Shown: positions 1 to 11,196 of the stretch, one piece after another
How the letters are laid out: each line of letters opens with the position of its first letter
Position numbering within the stretch: the first letter of the stretch is position 1
NCBI GenBank assembly: GCA_951406725.2
Contig: OX597822.1
Span: 11,470,001-11,534,000, forward strand
Reading direction: 5' to 3'
DNA from: Octopus vulgaris
Lineage: Eukaryota
Length of the DNA stretch: 64,000 nt
Made by a program: the position numbers and the translations under genes
Notes under the pieces: model-generated
Seen by the model: only the letters and a program-made list of their open reading frames with translations
Databases searched by the model: none
Told to the model about the DNA's origin: nothing

Positions 1-243
1 AACTCAGAACGCAGAGCCAGACGAAATACCACTAAGCATGCCACCTTAGATGAAATCATGATTGTACCGACTGAATTATGTAATTATGCTAGAAATGTCA
101 AAAACCTACTCTTCTTTCCACCTTCCCTCAGTGTTAAATTAAGACACTCCATGTGTACGTCTTCTTGTCTTCTTGTTGCTATTTTTCATGTTCGATTGCT
201 TAATGCTTGATTGTTGATCGATTTATATATATGCATATATATA

Positions 244-292
<49 letters not shown>

Positions 293-356
293 GTAACAGA
301 AAAGAGGAATTTCGGTTGTCCCCACGTGGTGGATTGTAATGTATATAGGAAAAAAA

Positions 357-540
357 CGGAAAATACGCACACTTACATGGTTATAGTATAATTTTTAATG
401 TATCGACCGGTTTCGCAATCGCTATTCATGATACAATGTTTAATTTATTTGAATTAAACATTGTATCATGAATAGCGATTGCGAAACCGGTCGATACATT
501 AAAAATTATACTATAACCATGTAAGTGTGAGTATTTTCCG
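357..540. repeat. Near-perfect palindrome (arms ~89 bp, 6-nt loop) containing an HHR-like fold in each arm
   Basis: 357-445 is the reverse complement of 452-540 with about one mismatch; each arm holds TGTATC-atgaata-GC gatt GC-GAAAC CG GTC-GATACA. Confidence 0.9.
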
Positions 541-550
541 ATATTTTTCT

Positions 551-581
<31 letters not shown>

Positions 582-668
582 AGAGTTCACGAAAAAAATA
601 AAAGACGAAGATAGGTGGTGCATAAAACAAACAGATGCATTAGTATTACGTTCCGGAATTGAAAAAGT

Positions 669-704
669 TCTTTATGTTTCGAGCCTACGCTCTTCTACAG
701 AAAG
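669..704 (-). ncRNA. Degenerate minimal hammerhead ribozyme motif in a PLE-type terminal repeat (unit ~580-770)
   Basis: Minus strand CTTT-CTGTAGA-A-GAGC gtag GCTC-GAAAC-ATA-AAG; same family as 23820-24020. Confidence 0.6.
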
Positions 705-878
705 GGACACAGAAAATACAAGGAGAGAAAAAAATGTGTATAATTGCTACCGATCTGTCATGGCGACTGATATACATACATACACACGCACATGTATACA
801 TACATATATTAATAGGCATATATAAATATATAAATTTGTGTTGCAAGATACGTGATGTGGAATCGTGTGTTGAAACGG

Positions 879-1116
879 TTATTGTTGTATTTAGGGATGG
901 TCATTTTTTTAGGAAATAAACACACGTACTATATATATTTACTTCACTCATTTATTACCGTTCTTATTTTATTATATTAACTCCTGTCCATTGTCCGGAG
1001 AATGGACATCTGTGGAAATAATAAAATAAGAACGATAGTAAACGAGTGAAGAAAATTATACAGTGCGTGTATTTATTTGGCAAAAAAAAAATGAACGTCC
1101 CGAAATACAATAATAA
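879..1116. repeat. Imperfect foldback (arms ~110 bp)
   Basis: ttattgttgtatttagggatggtcatt...tgtccatt is mirrored by aatggaca...aatgaacgtcccgaaatacaataataa. Confidence 0.8.
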
Positions 1117-1145
1117 GTATATAAAATATACATATAATACATGTA

Positions 1146-1204
<59 letters not shown>

Positions 1205-1514
1205 GCTATAATTATTTTGAATGGTGACTTTGTTAACTTTGGTTTGCACTTGGTAAGGATGAACTATTTATTATTGTTTTCTAAATTTTCTACAGCCACC
1301 GTCGCATTCCATATCTACCATTGGGATCGAAGAGGTACCGGACAAGGATTCGGGATTATTTTTCCATGTATTTCACTGAATGTTTAAGAACGATCCGGTT
1401 AATTTTTAGCATTCTTGTTCGTGAGAGAAGTCGGGTTTATTGTCATTTTCAAAGGCATCTCGGCTAATTGTTGAGAGGACGTTGGTGTTTCCTTGAAGTA
1501 AGTTTGCGCTGAGT

Positions 1515-1607
<93 letters not shown>

Positions 1608-1609
<2 letters not shown>

Positions 1610-2131
1610 GGGGGAGCAGTGCATGCTATGAAAGTGGCACTGGGTTAAAATATACGAAGCCCAGTAAACCCATCATAACTACCTGTTTGACAAGGGTACA
1701 CCCGACATAGGCATCATAACGAAGTGTGCGCGACATGGTGATCTCATATCGAGATAAAAAGTGCATGGCCTTGCAGGTGAGGCTCACTAAGAAGTTTCTT
1801 CATGTCGAGCATACCATCCCGCTCAAAAGATTCCTGAATAAGGTTTGTTTAAGGATGTTGAACAAAACACCCATGTTTCCAGAGGTGAATTCTTCTCAAC
1901 ACATAGCTATGATGCTCCCCCACTCCTTCTGCTTGTGATCTGAGATGCCCACATCGTCAGCCACTAAGGGACATATTCAACTGGTTAAGGTCAAACAACT
2001 CACAAGCAAATCTGTGGAATTGAGTAGAATATTTGCTGTAGCACATCTTTTATACGAAGACAAAGTGCATGATAACACTTACAATTACTTAAGATAAGCC
2101 ATGCGAGCCACTGCCTGGTACTGCATTAGGG
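1608..2131 (-). mobile_element. Non-coding ~520-bp retroposon ('element C') ending in (AAT)n
   Basis: Homologous copies at 4478-4720, 30601-31111 and 49452-49931; no meaningful ORF; one end always abuts (TAA)n. Confidence 0.75.
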
Positions 2132-2133
2132 TA

Positions 2134-4295
2134 TTTATGATTCAGCAGTCTTATTTTTATTTTATCACGTGTTTCACTGCAGCTCTGTGAGCCTTGGGTA
2201 TGTACTGTCGTTTGTTGTGATGCTCTTATTGTTACTTTACTGGAAATGCTTTGTGTAGGATGTGAGCAGTGCCTAGTTGTGCTATTTTCTGTGTTATATA
2301 TACTTGTTAGTCCTGGTGTTTCTGTTATGCATTTGACTGAATATTTTTTCATCAAACCTAATTCGCCTACTTTGATAGGAATAGTTTACGTTCTTAGAGT
2401 CCATATTCGAGTTAACTCTGTTTCCAGATGTTTGTACTATAAAAGTTTCTCTGTTTCTTTTAGAGAAACATTGTCATCTGTTGGTATTGATACATCAATT
2501 AGAAAGCATTTTTTCTTGGTGATCTCAGACAACCATATCCGTCATGTTGACCTTAATTTCTCTATCTATGTGTATTGGCATACCCCACATTACGGTTGCT
2601 TTTTGACTTTCTGTGACCTTTTCTGGTGTGTGACTATACCATCTTTTTTCTGCTGTTATTCTATAGAGTGAGCATAACTTCCAGTGTATATAAAGGATGT
2701 TGGACCAAATAATGGAAACACCTTAAAATTTTAAACAAATTTATTTCGATATGGGGTAGGACCGCCTTTGAAAGTAGTTACAGCTTGAATTCTACAAGGT
2801 ATGGACTCGTAGAAAGTTTGAATTGTTTACAAAGGAATTTTTGTCCATTCTTCATTTAATACAGTCTCCAGTTCTTGTAGTGATGATGGTGGATAAATGT
2901 TCAATAATGTTGAGATCTGGCAACTGTGGCGGCCAGATAAGATGTTCAACTTCACTAGAATGTTCCTCGTGCCTTTCAGTAACAACTTTAGCTGTCTGAA
3001 TTGGTGCATTATCATCCTGATAGATTCCGTTTCGCCCCGGAAACAGTTCCGCAAACATAGGAGGAATTTGATCAGATAAAATGCATAAATAGTCTTGATT
3101 ATTAATTCTGCCATGAAGGGAAACCATTGGCCAGTGGATTTCCGGGATATAGCCCCTCCCCCAGATCATCGCAGATCCTCCTTCATGTTTAAGAGTTGGA
3201 AGACAGCAGTCTGGGTCAAATGTTTCTTTTGGCTGTCTCCACACGCATACTCGGCCGATGGACGGAAATACGGTAAAGGATGACTCGTCCGAGAAAATAA
3301 CATTTTTCCACTGCTCCAGGGACCAATTCCGTAGGCTTTTACTCCCGGCGAAAAGTTTTTTTTGTGGAAACTGGATTCTCGAGGTGGTCAGTAAGCTATG
3401 CACTAATTTTGGGAGCTGTACTTCTGTGATCCTTTCTAACAATTCGTGTAAGAATCCGACGGTCCCTAACTGAAAGTTTTGGTTTTCTTGCGGAGTTTTT
3501 TTTCGACGAGGAGGTTTTTCCCTCTTTTTCAAAGGCAGTCATTACTTCCGAGGCAGTACTTCGGTTGTTTTCGTTATGCTAGCACATACCATACGAGCAC
3601 CAACAATTTGACCGCTTTGAAATTCTGATAGATCAGTCATTTTAATGAATTTCAATTACATTTTCTGATGATATCTGAAAAGAAACAGCAATTTTAGCAA
3701 AACCTAATAATAAATTAAATAACATAAAAAATAAACAAGCTTTTAACGGTTTTATGGATATTTCAAAATTACGATGCTGTGATGCTAGGTGTTTCAATAA
3801 TTTGTCCAACTCCTTTAGGTCCCAAATATGTCGTGTCTGTGAATATATTCCTTCTTAACCGGAACTGGGCAGCCAGAGACAATATGATTTATTGTTTCTT
3901 GTCCACCACACACATACTTGTTACCTCTGCAATTACTTGTTATGCTTCTGTTCATTATATGCTTTTTGGTAATTTCTGGTGGGAAAGCTTTGATCGTGTG
4001 CTTCAATTAAAAATCCATCAGTCAGTCTCTGTTTTGAGCCCTGAGCTTGGGATTTTGCTTTGTCTATTTCTTTTCTATTTAGCTTAACCCGATATTTGTC
4101 ATGAGGGTGCTGTTCTTGCCGTTGTTTTATCATGATCCGTTGCTGTTCCAGTTTTAGTTTGGATTTCAGTTGTTTTACAGCTTTTGTTGTTTCTTATTTT
4201 TCTTCATAGTCGTTAAGTACTATGACTTCTTTTTGGTATTTGCCAGCTTCTTTAAAGATTGAAAACAACTGTTTGTTTTGTCCATGCTTAGTAGC
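2134..4295 (-). mobile_element. 5'-truncated R4/Dong-like RLE LINE, split by a Tc1 insertion
   Basis: ETINHIVSGCPVPVKKEYIHRHD (CCHC region) and RLE tail are collinear with the 50024-51720 copy; LINE sequence resumes at 3816 after the Tc1. Confidence 0.9.
2693..3815 (-). mobile_element. Tc1-family DNA transposon with degraded DD34E-type transposase
   Basis: TIRs aaggatgttggaccaaataatggaaacacc / ggtgtttcaataatttgtccaactcctt; TA on both sides; motifs VIFSDESSF, QDDNAPIQ, WPPQLPDLNIIEHL (frameshifted). Confidence 0.95.
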
Positions 4296-4477
4296 CAGTG
4301 AAGGTTCTGCGTTACCTTGTCGTGTCTGCGTTTATTATTATTCTAATTGCCAGGAAACTTTGCCTTTCATCCTTTCCGCATCGATAAAGTACTAGTTGAA
4401 CATTGGGGTCGATGTAATCGACTCGTTCTCTCACATAAAATGGCTACCCTTGTGGCAAAATTTGAATCCATTATTAT

Positions 4478-4720
4478 TGAGTGAGAGAGCAGTTCATGCC
4501 ATCAAAGTGACACTGGGGTAAAAATATACGAAGCCCAGTATACCCATCATGACTACCCGTATGATAAGGGTACACCAGACACTTGCATCAAAACCATATT
4601 TGACCGACATGGTGATCTCATATCAAGATAAATTGCGCATGACTTGCAGCTGGGGGTCCAGTTAGAATTTTCTTCTGGCCGAGTAATCCATCCTGCTCAA
4701 AAGGTCCCTGAGCGGGATGG
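4478..4720 (-). mobile_element. Element C, 3' portion
   Basis: Matches 30601-30830 and the reverse complement of 49700-49931. Confidence 0.75.
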
Positions 4721-4807
4721 GTTACTATTATTACTATTATCATCACCAACATCATCATCATCATCATCCTCCTCCTCCTCCTCCTCCTCCTCCTCCTCCT
4801 CCTCCTC

Positions 4808-4880
<73 letters not shown>

Positions 4881-4969
4881 TCTTCTTTTTTTTTCTTCTT
4901 CTTCTTCTTCTTCTTCTTCTTCTTCTTCTTCTTCTTCTTCTTCTTCTTCTGCTTCTTCTTCTTCTTCTT

Positions 4970-5036
<67 letters not shown>
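4721..5036. repeat. Compound trinucleotide microsatellite (CAT/CCT/CAT/CTT/TTA)
   Basis: Direct reading. Confidence 0.95.
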
Positions 5037-5041
<5 letters not shown>

Positions 5042-5511
5042 TAGTTTTATTTTTATAGCGTGCTTTCACTTCACTACCGAGCACAGCTCTGTGTGCCTTG
5101 GGTATGTGCTGTGATTTGTTGTGATGCTCTGATGGTTATTGTATGGAAAGTGTTCTGCGTAGGATGTGTGCAGTGCCTAGTAGTGCAATTTTCTGTATGT
5201 TATATGTGTTTGTAAGTCCTGGTGTTTTTGTTATGTATTTGTCTGAATATTTTTTTATCATGCCTAATGCACCTACTATGATAGGAATTGTTTCTGTTTT
5301 CAGATTCCACATTCTAGTTACCTCTATTTCCAGGTCTTTGTATTTTGAGAGTTTCTCCATTTCTTTTAGAGACACGTTGTCATCTGCCGGTATTGATACA
5401 TCAATAAGAAAGCATTTTTTTTCTTCATGATCTCTGACAACTATATCTGGCCTGTTGGCCTTAATTTCTCTATCTGTGTGTATCGGCATATCCCAGAGTA
5501 TGGTTGCTTTC
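5034..5511 (-). mobile_element. Young-looking 5'-truncated R4/Dong-like LINE (RLE domain and 3' UTR)
   Basis: ILWDMPIHTDREIKANRPDIVVRDHEEKKCFLIDVSIP...KLSKYKDL is open; flanked by (TTA)n/(CTT)n on both sides. Confidence 0.92.
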
Positions 5512-5579
5512 TTTGCTTTCTTTGCTTTCTTCTCCTTCTTCTTCTTCTTCTTCTTCTTCTTCTTCTTCTTCTTCTTCTT

Positions 5580-5662
<83 letters not shown>

Positions 5663-5694
5663 CATTATTATTATTATTATTATCATTCATTTAC

Positions 5695-6288
5695 ACTCAA
5701 CATATTAGACTGTTGGAAAAGAAGCGAATCCTAACATCGGACCACAAGAAGTATCCTTAGATGCCAAGAACCCTCCTATTGGGTTACAGCATGTAACTGT
5801 AGATGCCGGGAATCCGTCCAAGTATTCTAGCTGTCCCTAATAACACTGTTTTCTGCAGCTGTAAAAAAACTGGGTTTTATGCCTATTTCCTATACCCATC
5901 TATTCAAATATTTAAGGTTAATTCCCAATGCACCTATAACTACTGGGATACATTTTACCCACACTTTCCCTAGTCCCTGAAATTCAATGGATAGGTCCTG
6001 GTATTTGGCTATTTCTTCTATAACTTTCATATTGATTTTTCCGGGATACATTTTACCCACACTTTCCCTAGTCCCTGAAATTCAATGGATAGGTCCTGGT
6101 ATTTGGCTATTTCTTCTATAACTTTCATATTGATTTTTCCGGGATACATTTTACCCACACTTTCCCTAGTCCCTGAAATTCAATGGATAGGTCCTGGTAT
6201 TTGGCTATTTCTTCTATAACTTTCATATTGATTTTTCCGTGATTTGGGTCTATAAAGTCAATTATCTGGCACGTTCTATTCTCTTTAT

Positions 6289-6339
<51 letters not shown>

Positions 6340-6600
6340 AATCAGGCCTTCTAACTTCTATTACTCTGTCAGTCTAAATAAGTCCGACAACATTTTGTAT
6401 TTCTTACTTCCTAGTACTTTACTAGGTTCATGTTCATACCATTTATCAATATGTTCAAATCCTAGCTTTCTACATAACTCCCAGTGGATTGCTCTCCCTA
6501 GATTGTCATGTCTTTTCTTGTATTCTTTCTGCCCCAGCTTACTACATTAACTAACTCTATGAGATAACGCTTTCCTCTTTTGATCTGCATAATCTATATT
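5695..6600 (-). mobile_element. Second, diverged RLE LINE family (CCHC + PD-D endonuclease), degraded
   Basis: Minus translation CSKLGQKEYKKRHDNLGRAIHWELC...RRPDLVVV..DKENRTCQIIDF...AKYQDL...IPVVIGALG; (TTA)n on both sides. Confidence 0.85.
5945..6238. repeat. Perfect tandem triplication, 3 x 98 bp
   Basis: Unit starts gggatacattttaccc at 5945, 6043 and 6141. Confidence 0.95.
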
Positions 6601-6953
6601 GGGAATCTACTTATTATTATTATTATCACCATCATCATCATCAGCAGCAGCAGCAGCAGCAGGAACAGCAGCAGCAGCAGCAGCAACTAGTGGTTGTTGT
6701 TTTAGTATATATGGTTGGCAATACTTGTCAGCATTGCTTACGTTGCGAGTTATACACGGCTTTGTGACCGGAGGTGAGACGAGAGACGATAGAAATGGGT
6801 GGAAATGGTCGGTGTAGATTAATATGAGACAAGATTTTCTAATTAATTAGCGCCAGTGTCGATGTATCTCATCGTAAGTACTTCTGTCCAGACGCCTGGC
6901 TATTAGAATAATAATTACCGCTCACGTTGCCACGTAAACACACATCAACGCAG

Positions 6954-7174
6954 GTATGTATGTATGCATGCAGGTATGTATGCATGCATGTATGTATGTA
7001 TGTATGTATGTATATATGTATGTATCTATCTATGTATGTATGTATGTATGTATATATGTATGTATGTATGTATGTATTTATGTATGTATGTATGTATGTA
7101 TGTATGTATGTATGTATGTATGTATGTATGTATGTATGTATGTATGTATGTATGTATCTATCTATGTATGTATG

Positions 7175-7208
<34 letters not shown>

Positions 7209-7270
7209 TGTAGGTATGTATGTATGTATGTATGTATGTATGTATCTATCTATGTATGTATGTGTGTATG

Positions 7271-7301
<31 letters not shown>

Positions 7302-7330
7302 CTATCTATCTATGTATGTATGTGTGTATG

Positions 7331-7362
<32 letters not shown>

Positions 7363-7392
7363 CATGCAGGTATGTATGCATGTATGTATGTA
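6954..7392. repeat. Long (ATGT)n tetranucleotide array with variant units
   Basis: Direct reading. Confidence 0.95.
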
Positions 7393-8286
7393 TTACGTAT
7401 CGAAGTGTCTATCTAGTTCTCTCTATTTTCTCTCTCTTACACACACACAGACACATGCACACACACACATATATATATACACATACATACACATATACAT
7501 GCATATAGAAATGTAAACACCAAGCATAAATACGTGTGTGTGTGTGTGTGTCTGTGCGTATGTTTGCGTGAGTATGTGTGTGTGTGTGTGTGTGTGTCCG
7601 TGTGTGTGTTTGTACGAGAAATGGATGACAGTGTTTAACTTCTCAAATCGAAAAACAAACACTCCAGACAAACATAATATTATATATAACACTTGTATCT
7701 ACACATGTCCACACACACATATACAAAAATACGCACAGCCACACATACGCACGCATAAGCATACACAAGCAGACTCATGCGCATATTATAAACTCAAGAA
7801 CACATACTCTCAAGTGTGTGTGTGTGTGTGCGTAATGCTTCTGTGTAACATTTGTATGCGTGCGTTTCACTGCTTCTACCAAACTAGTCATTTCTGAAGA
7901 ATAACACGAACCAAGAATCAGACCAATAGATTGTAGCTTTAAATTACAGCCAAATTCTCACCAAATGGTTATAAATATATCACTGTTTTACTGTGAAGCG
8001 CACAATTCTGTGGGTTTAACCCTCAAATTTTCGCTCTAGCAGAGGTGCTGTTTGGGCGCAGCTGCTTGGGCGTTGACGATTTGGCACGGTTTTCTGGGCT
8101 TTGAACATGTTTGGGCAGCAGTACGTTTTGGTACTGAACGCAAACACACACATACCAAAACCCGCTCAACACACATACACACACACACACACACGCATTC
8201 TCTCTCTCTCTCTCTCTCTTTCACACACATATGCTCACACATACACGTATGCGTGCACAGAAATATTTATATGTAGATAGAAAGAA

Positions 8287-8376
<90 letters not shown>

Positions 8377-9191
8377 ATTACAATTTCTCAATTGAACACG
8401 ATTAACACTTTTCCTTTCCTGATAAAGAGAAATATGCTGGCACACAGAGGAAGTGGAAAAGAGACAGAAACAGAGAGAGAGAACGACAGTGAGAGGGGAA
8501 GGAGAAGAGAAAAGAGAGAGAGAGAGAGAGAGAAAAAGAGGGAGAGAGAAAGAGAAAAAGAGAGACATGGAGAGAGTGAAAGTGAGAGAAAGAAAGAAAA
8601 GAAGAAACAGAAAGAAGCATTAGAAAAGGAGTCATGTATGTAGGAAGGGGAAAAAGGAGAGAAACGTGAAGGCTTCTAACGCCACACGCGACAGCGTCGA
8701 AGCAGCTGCGCCAAATAGGCTACGTTAGAACAGAACAGAGGGATCCAAGCATATAATGCCTTTGTAATCGTCTGTATATGCTAATACTTATTCAATTAAG
8801 TAGCTTAATAGTTTTGTTAAGCAATTTAACGGTGTGACTTTGTAAACCACATACATAAGAGACTGTAGTTTGGTTTCCACAGTATTAACGACTTTTTATA
8901 GCACATATCTACATATCTACACTGTTATAACAATCATAAACAATGGAATATGACAATTTCCAGTATGACAACAAGCATAAATCCATCCACTCAGACTTAA
9001 GCATGTACAGGCATAGGTGCACGTATGGCTGTATGGTAAAGAAGCACTTTTTTGCAGCTGCGTATCTTCGCGTTCGGTCCCACTGTATGTCACTCTGGGC
9101 AAGTGTATTATACTATGTTCGCGGGTCCGATAAATGGCTTGTGAATGAATTGCTTAACGGAAACTGTATGGAAGACCATCGTATGTGTGTT

Positions 9192-9261
<70 letters not shown>

Positions 9262-9607
9262 CGCGCGAATGTGTGTTTTTTTGTGTTTGTGTTACTTCCA
9301 CCATCATCGCTTGATATTAGATAAAATAAGTACCAGCCTTCAAGAATTAAATCATGTGGTAGATCTGTTCGACTGAAATTCTTCAAGTTGGTTCTATGCC
9401 GTTAGGAAATTCATGCCAAAACCTTACAGTTTTGTTTCTACATATATTTCATTGATGTGATTTTGTTTATTGTACAAAATATACTTAAAGAAACAAAGAA
9501 AGTCTCCATTGCATTCAGCTGGATGAGAATAACGTTCAAGACGAGAAGTGGCAAAATCAAGGATTGTCCGGGGCAGTAAAATCTCCTGCTACACCTCTTG
9601 CATATAT

Positions 9608-9990
9608 TCTTTTACACTCTAGGCGCAGAGGCCGAAATTTTGGTGGAGGGGCGAGTCGATTAGATCGACTTCAGTACGCAACTGGTACTTAATTTATCGA
9701 CCAAGAAAGGATGGAAGACAAAGTCGACCTCGGCGGAATTTGAACTCAGAACGTAAAGACAGACGAAATACCACTAAACATGTCACCTGGCGTGCTAACC
9801 TATCTTATTTCTTTATTGCCCACAAGGGGCTAAACATAGAAGGGACAACAAGGACAGGCAAAGGGATTAAGTCGATTACATCGACCTCAGTGTGTAACTG
9901 GTACTTAATTTATCGACCCCGAGAGGATGAAAGGCAAAGTCAATCTCGGATTAATTTGAACTCAGAGCGTAACGGCAGTCGAAATACCAG
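9608..9990 (-). mobile_element. Dimeric SINE, family B (MetaSINE-like central domain)
   Basis: Reverse complement of 36023-36400; two gagttcaaattccgccgaggtcgactttgcctttcatcc..ggggtcgataaattaagtaccag-type units. Confidence 0.85.
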
Positions 9991-10151
9991 ATCCTTCATC
10001 CACAGAGCTTTAATTCCGTGTCGATTATCGATCAAAACGCTGGGTCGTTAACGGCCCCCCGCTGATCTAACACTGATTTCGTGTTCTCTCAGTTTTAATA
10101 CTCATATTTCGCCAGCTTCACAGAGTAGAGCATCGAAAGGTAAAGGGAGTT

Positions 10152-10225
10152 GCCCATGAGCTCGGAATCAAACCCAGGATTTTAGGACTGAGAGACCAGT
10201 TGCCCTAACCATTAAACCAAGCCAC
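10152..10225 (-). other. tRNA-derived Pol III head (Glu-CTC-like), not a functional tRNA
   Basis: A-box TGGTTTAATGG, CTCTCA loop, B-box GGTTTGATTCC; acceptor stem does not pair. Confidence 0.6.
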
Positions 10226-10259
10226 TTCTCGGAACATTAATACTCTGAAATTAATAATT

Positions 10260-10530
10260 TTCTATAGATGAAAAACAAACTTCATTGTTAGACAAATTAC
10301 TAAAAAAAAATCGAAGGTAATCAAATATACTGACCGTTTCTACGCTTTATATTTTTGATTTAAGCAACAATATTATGATCGATTATGGCCTAAACAATGG
10401 TTATTTTATGATGCAACTCAGCCAGAAATATTTCAGATTTAGATAATGAGATTTACAGGTAGACAAACTAAATTGAGAGAAAAATCATAGGTATTTCATC
10501 TAGGTCACAACGACTAAGTATACCGTTAAG
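10260..10530 (+). mobile_element. Highly degraded PLE reverse-transcriptase remnant
   Basis: Frameshifted reading QKYFRF/DNEIYR..IG.SLG resembles the PLE RT motif NYFxFxxxxYxQxxGxxMGSxLS. Confidence 0.35.
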
Positions 10531-10681
10531 ATAACGTAATAACAAGTTAATATACACAGCGACACACAGACAGAACTTGAAAACAAAACAAAAATGTTAG
10601 TTACGTCTTTATATCGGTAAATAGATAACATAATCCACAATAATCAAAGCATATTCAGAACTACCATTAGTGGTATGTGAG

Positions 10682-10741
<60 letters not shown>

Positions 10742-11022
10742 TGTGTTTGTGTTTGTATATGTGAGTGTGTATATATGTATACATGAGCATGTATATAAAT
10801 GTGTATGGGTATGTGTGTGTATGAAGAAGTATCTATCTATATATCTATCTATCCATCTATATATATGTATATATATATAATATATGTATATATTCTTTTA
10901 TTCTTTTACTTGTTTTAGTCATTTGCCTGTGGCCATACAGGAGTACCGCCTTGTGACTGCGTGTGTACCGTTGGCGATTTTTTCCCTCTGTCTTCCCTTT
11001 TCTGGATCTTTCCTTTTCCTAT

Positions 11023-11057
11023 GTTTCTAGCGAAGAGCTCCGCTCGAAACGTAAAAC
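11023..11057 (+). ncRNA. Minimal hammerhead motif (core mutated) in a PLE-type repeat (~10965-11150)
   Basis: GTTT-CTAGCGA-A-GAGC tcc GCTC-GAAAC-GTA-AAAC; family shared with 17285-17420. Confidence 0.6.
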
Positions 11058-11143
11058 CCTCCTTCTTCCCTTCCTTCCTGAGCGTCCGATAATACTATAT
11101 TTGTTCCACGTCCTCGCGTTGTTGTGTTTTCATGTTTGGATTA

Positions 11144-11196
<53 letters not shown>

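Noticed and set aside
1200-1515. Possible PLE endonuclease C-terminus on the minus strand
   Set aside because: Only a weak FI..K.KPKL-like resemblance; too degraded to call.
5136-5690. 184-aa ORF with poly-N/poly-K fused to an RLE domain
   Set aside because: The N-terminus is (AAT)n/(AAG)n microsatellite read in frame into a truncated LINE; no evidence of a real gene.
5945-6238. CRISPR-like regular repeats (also 12520-13075 and 21575-21851)
   Set aside because: No unique spacers, no cas genes, eukaryotic context.
6927-7516. Long MYVC-repeat ORFs, and similar YI/CV/HT ORFs throughout (e.g. 22735-23610)
   Set aside because: Translations of stop-free di- and tetranucleotide microsatellites.
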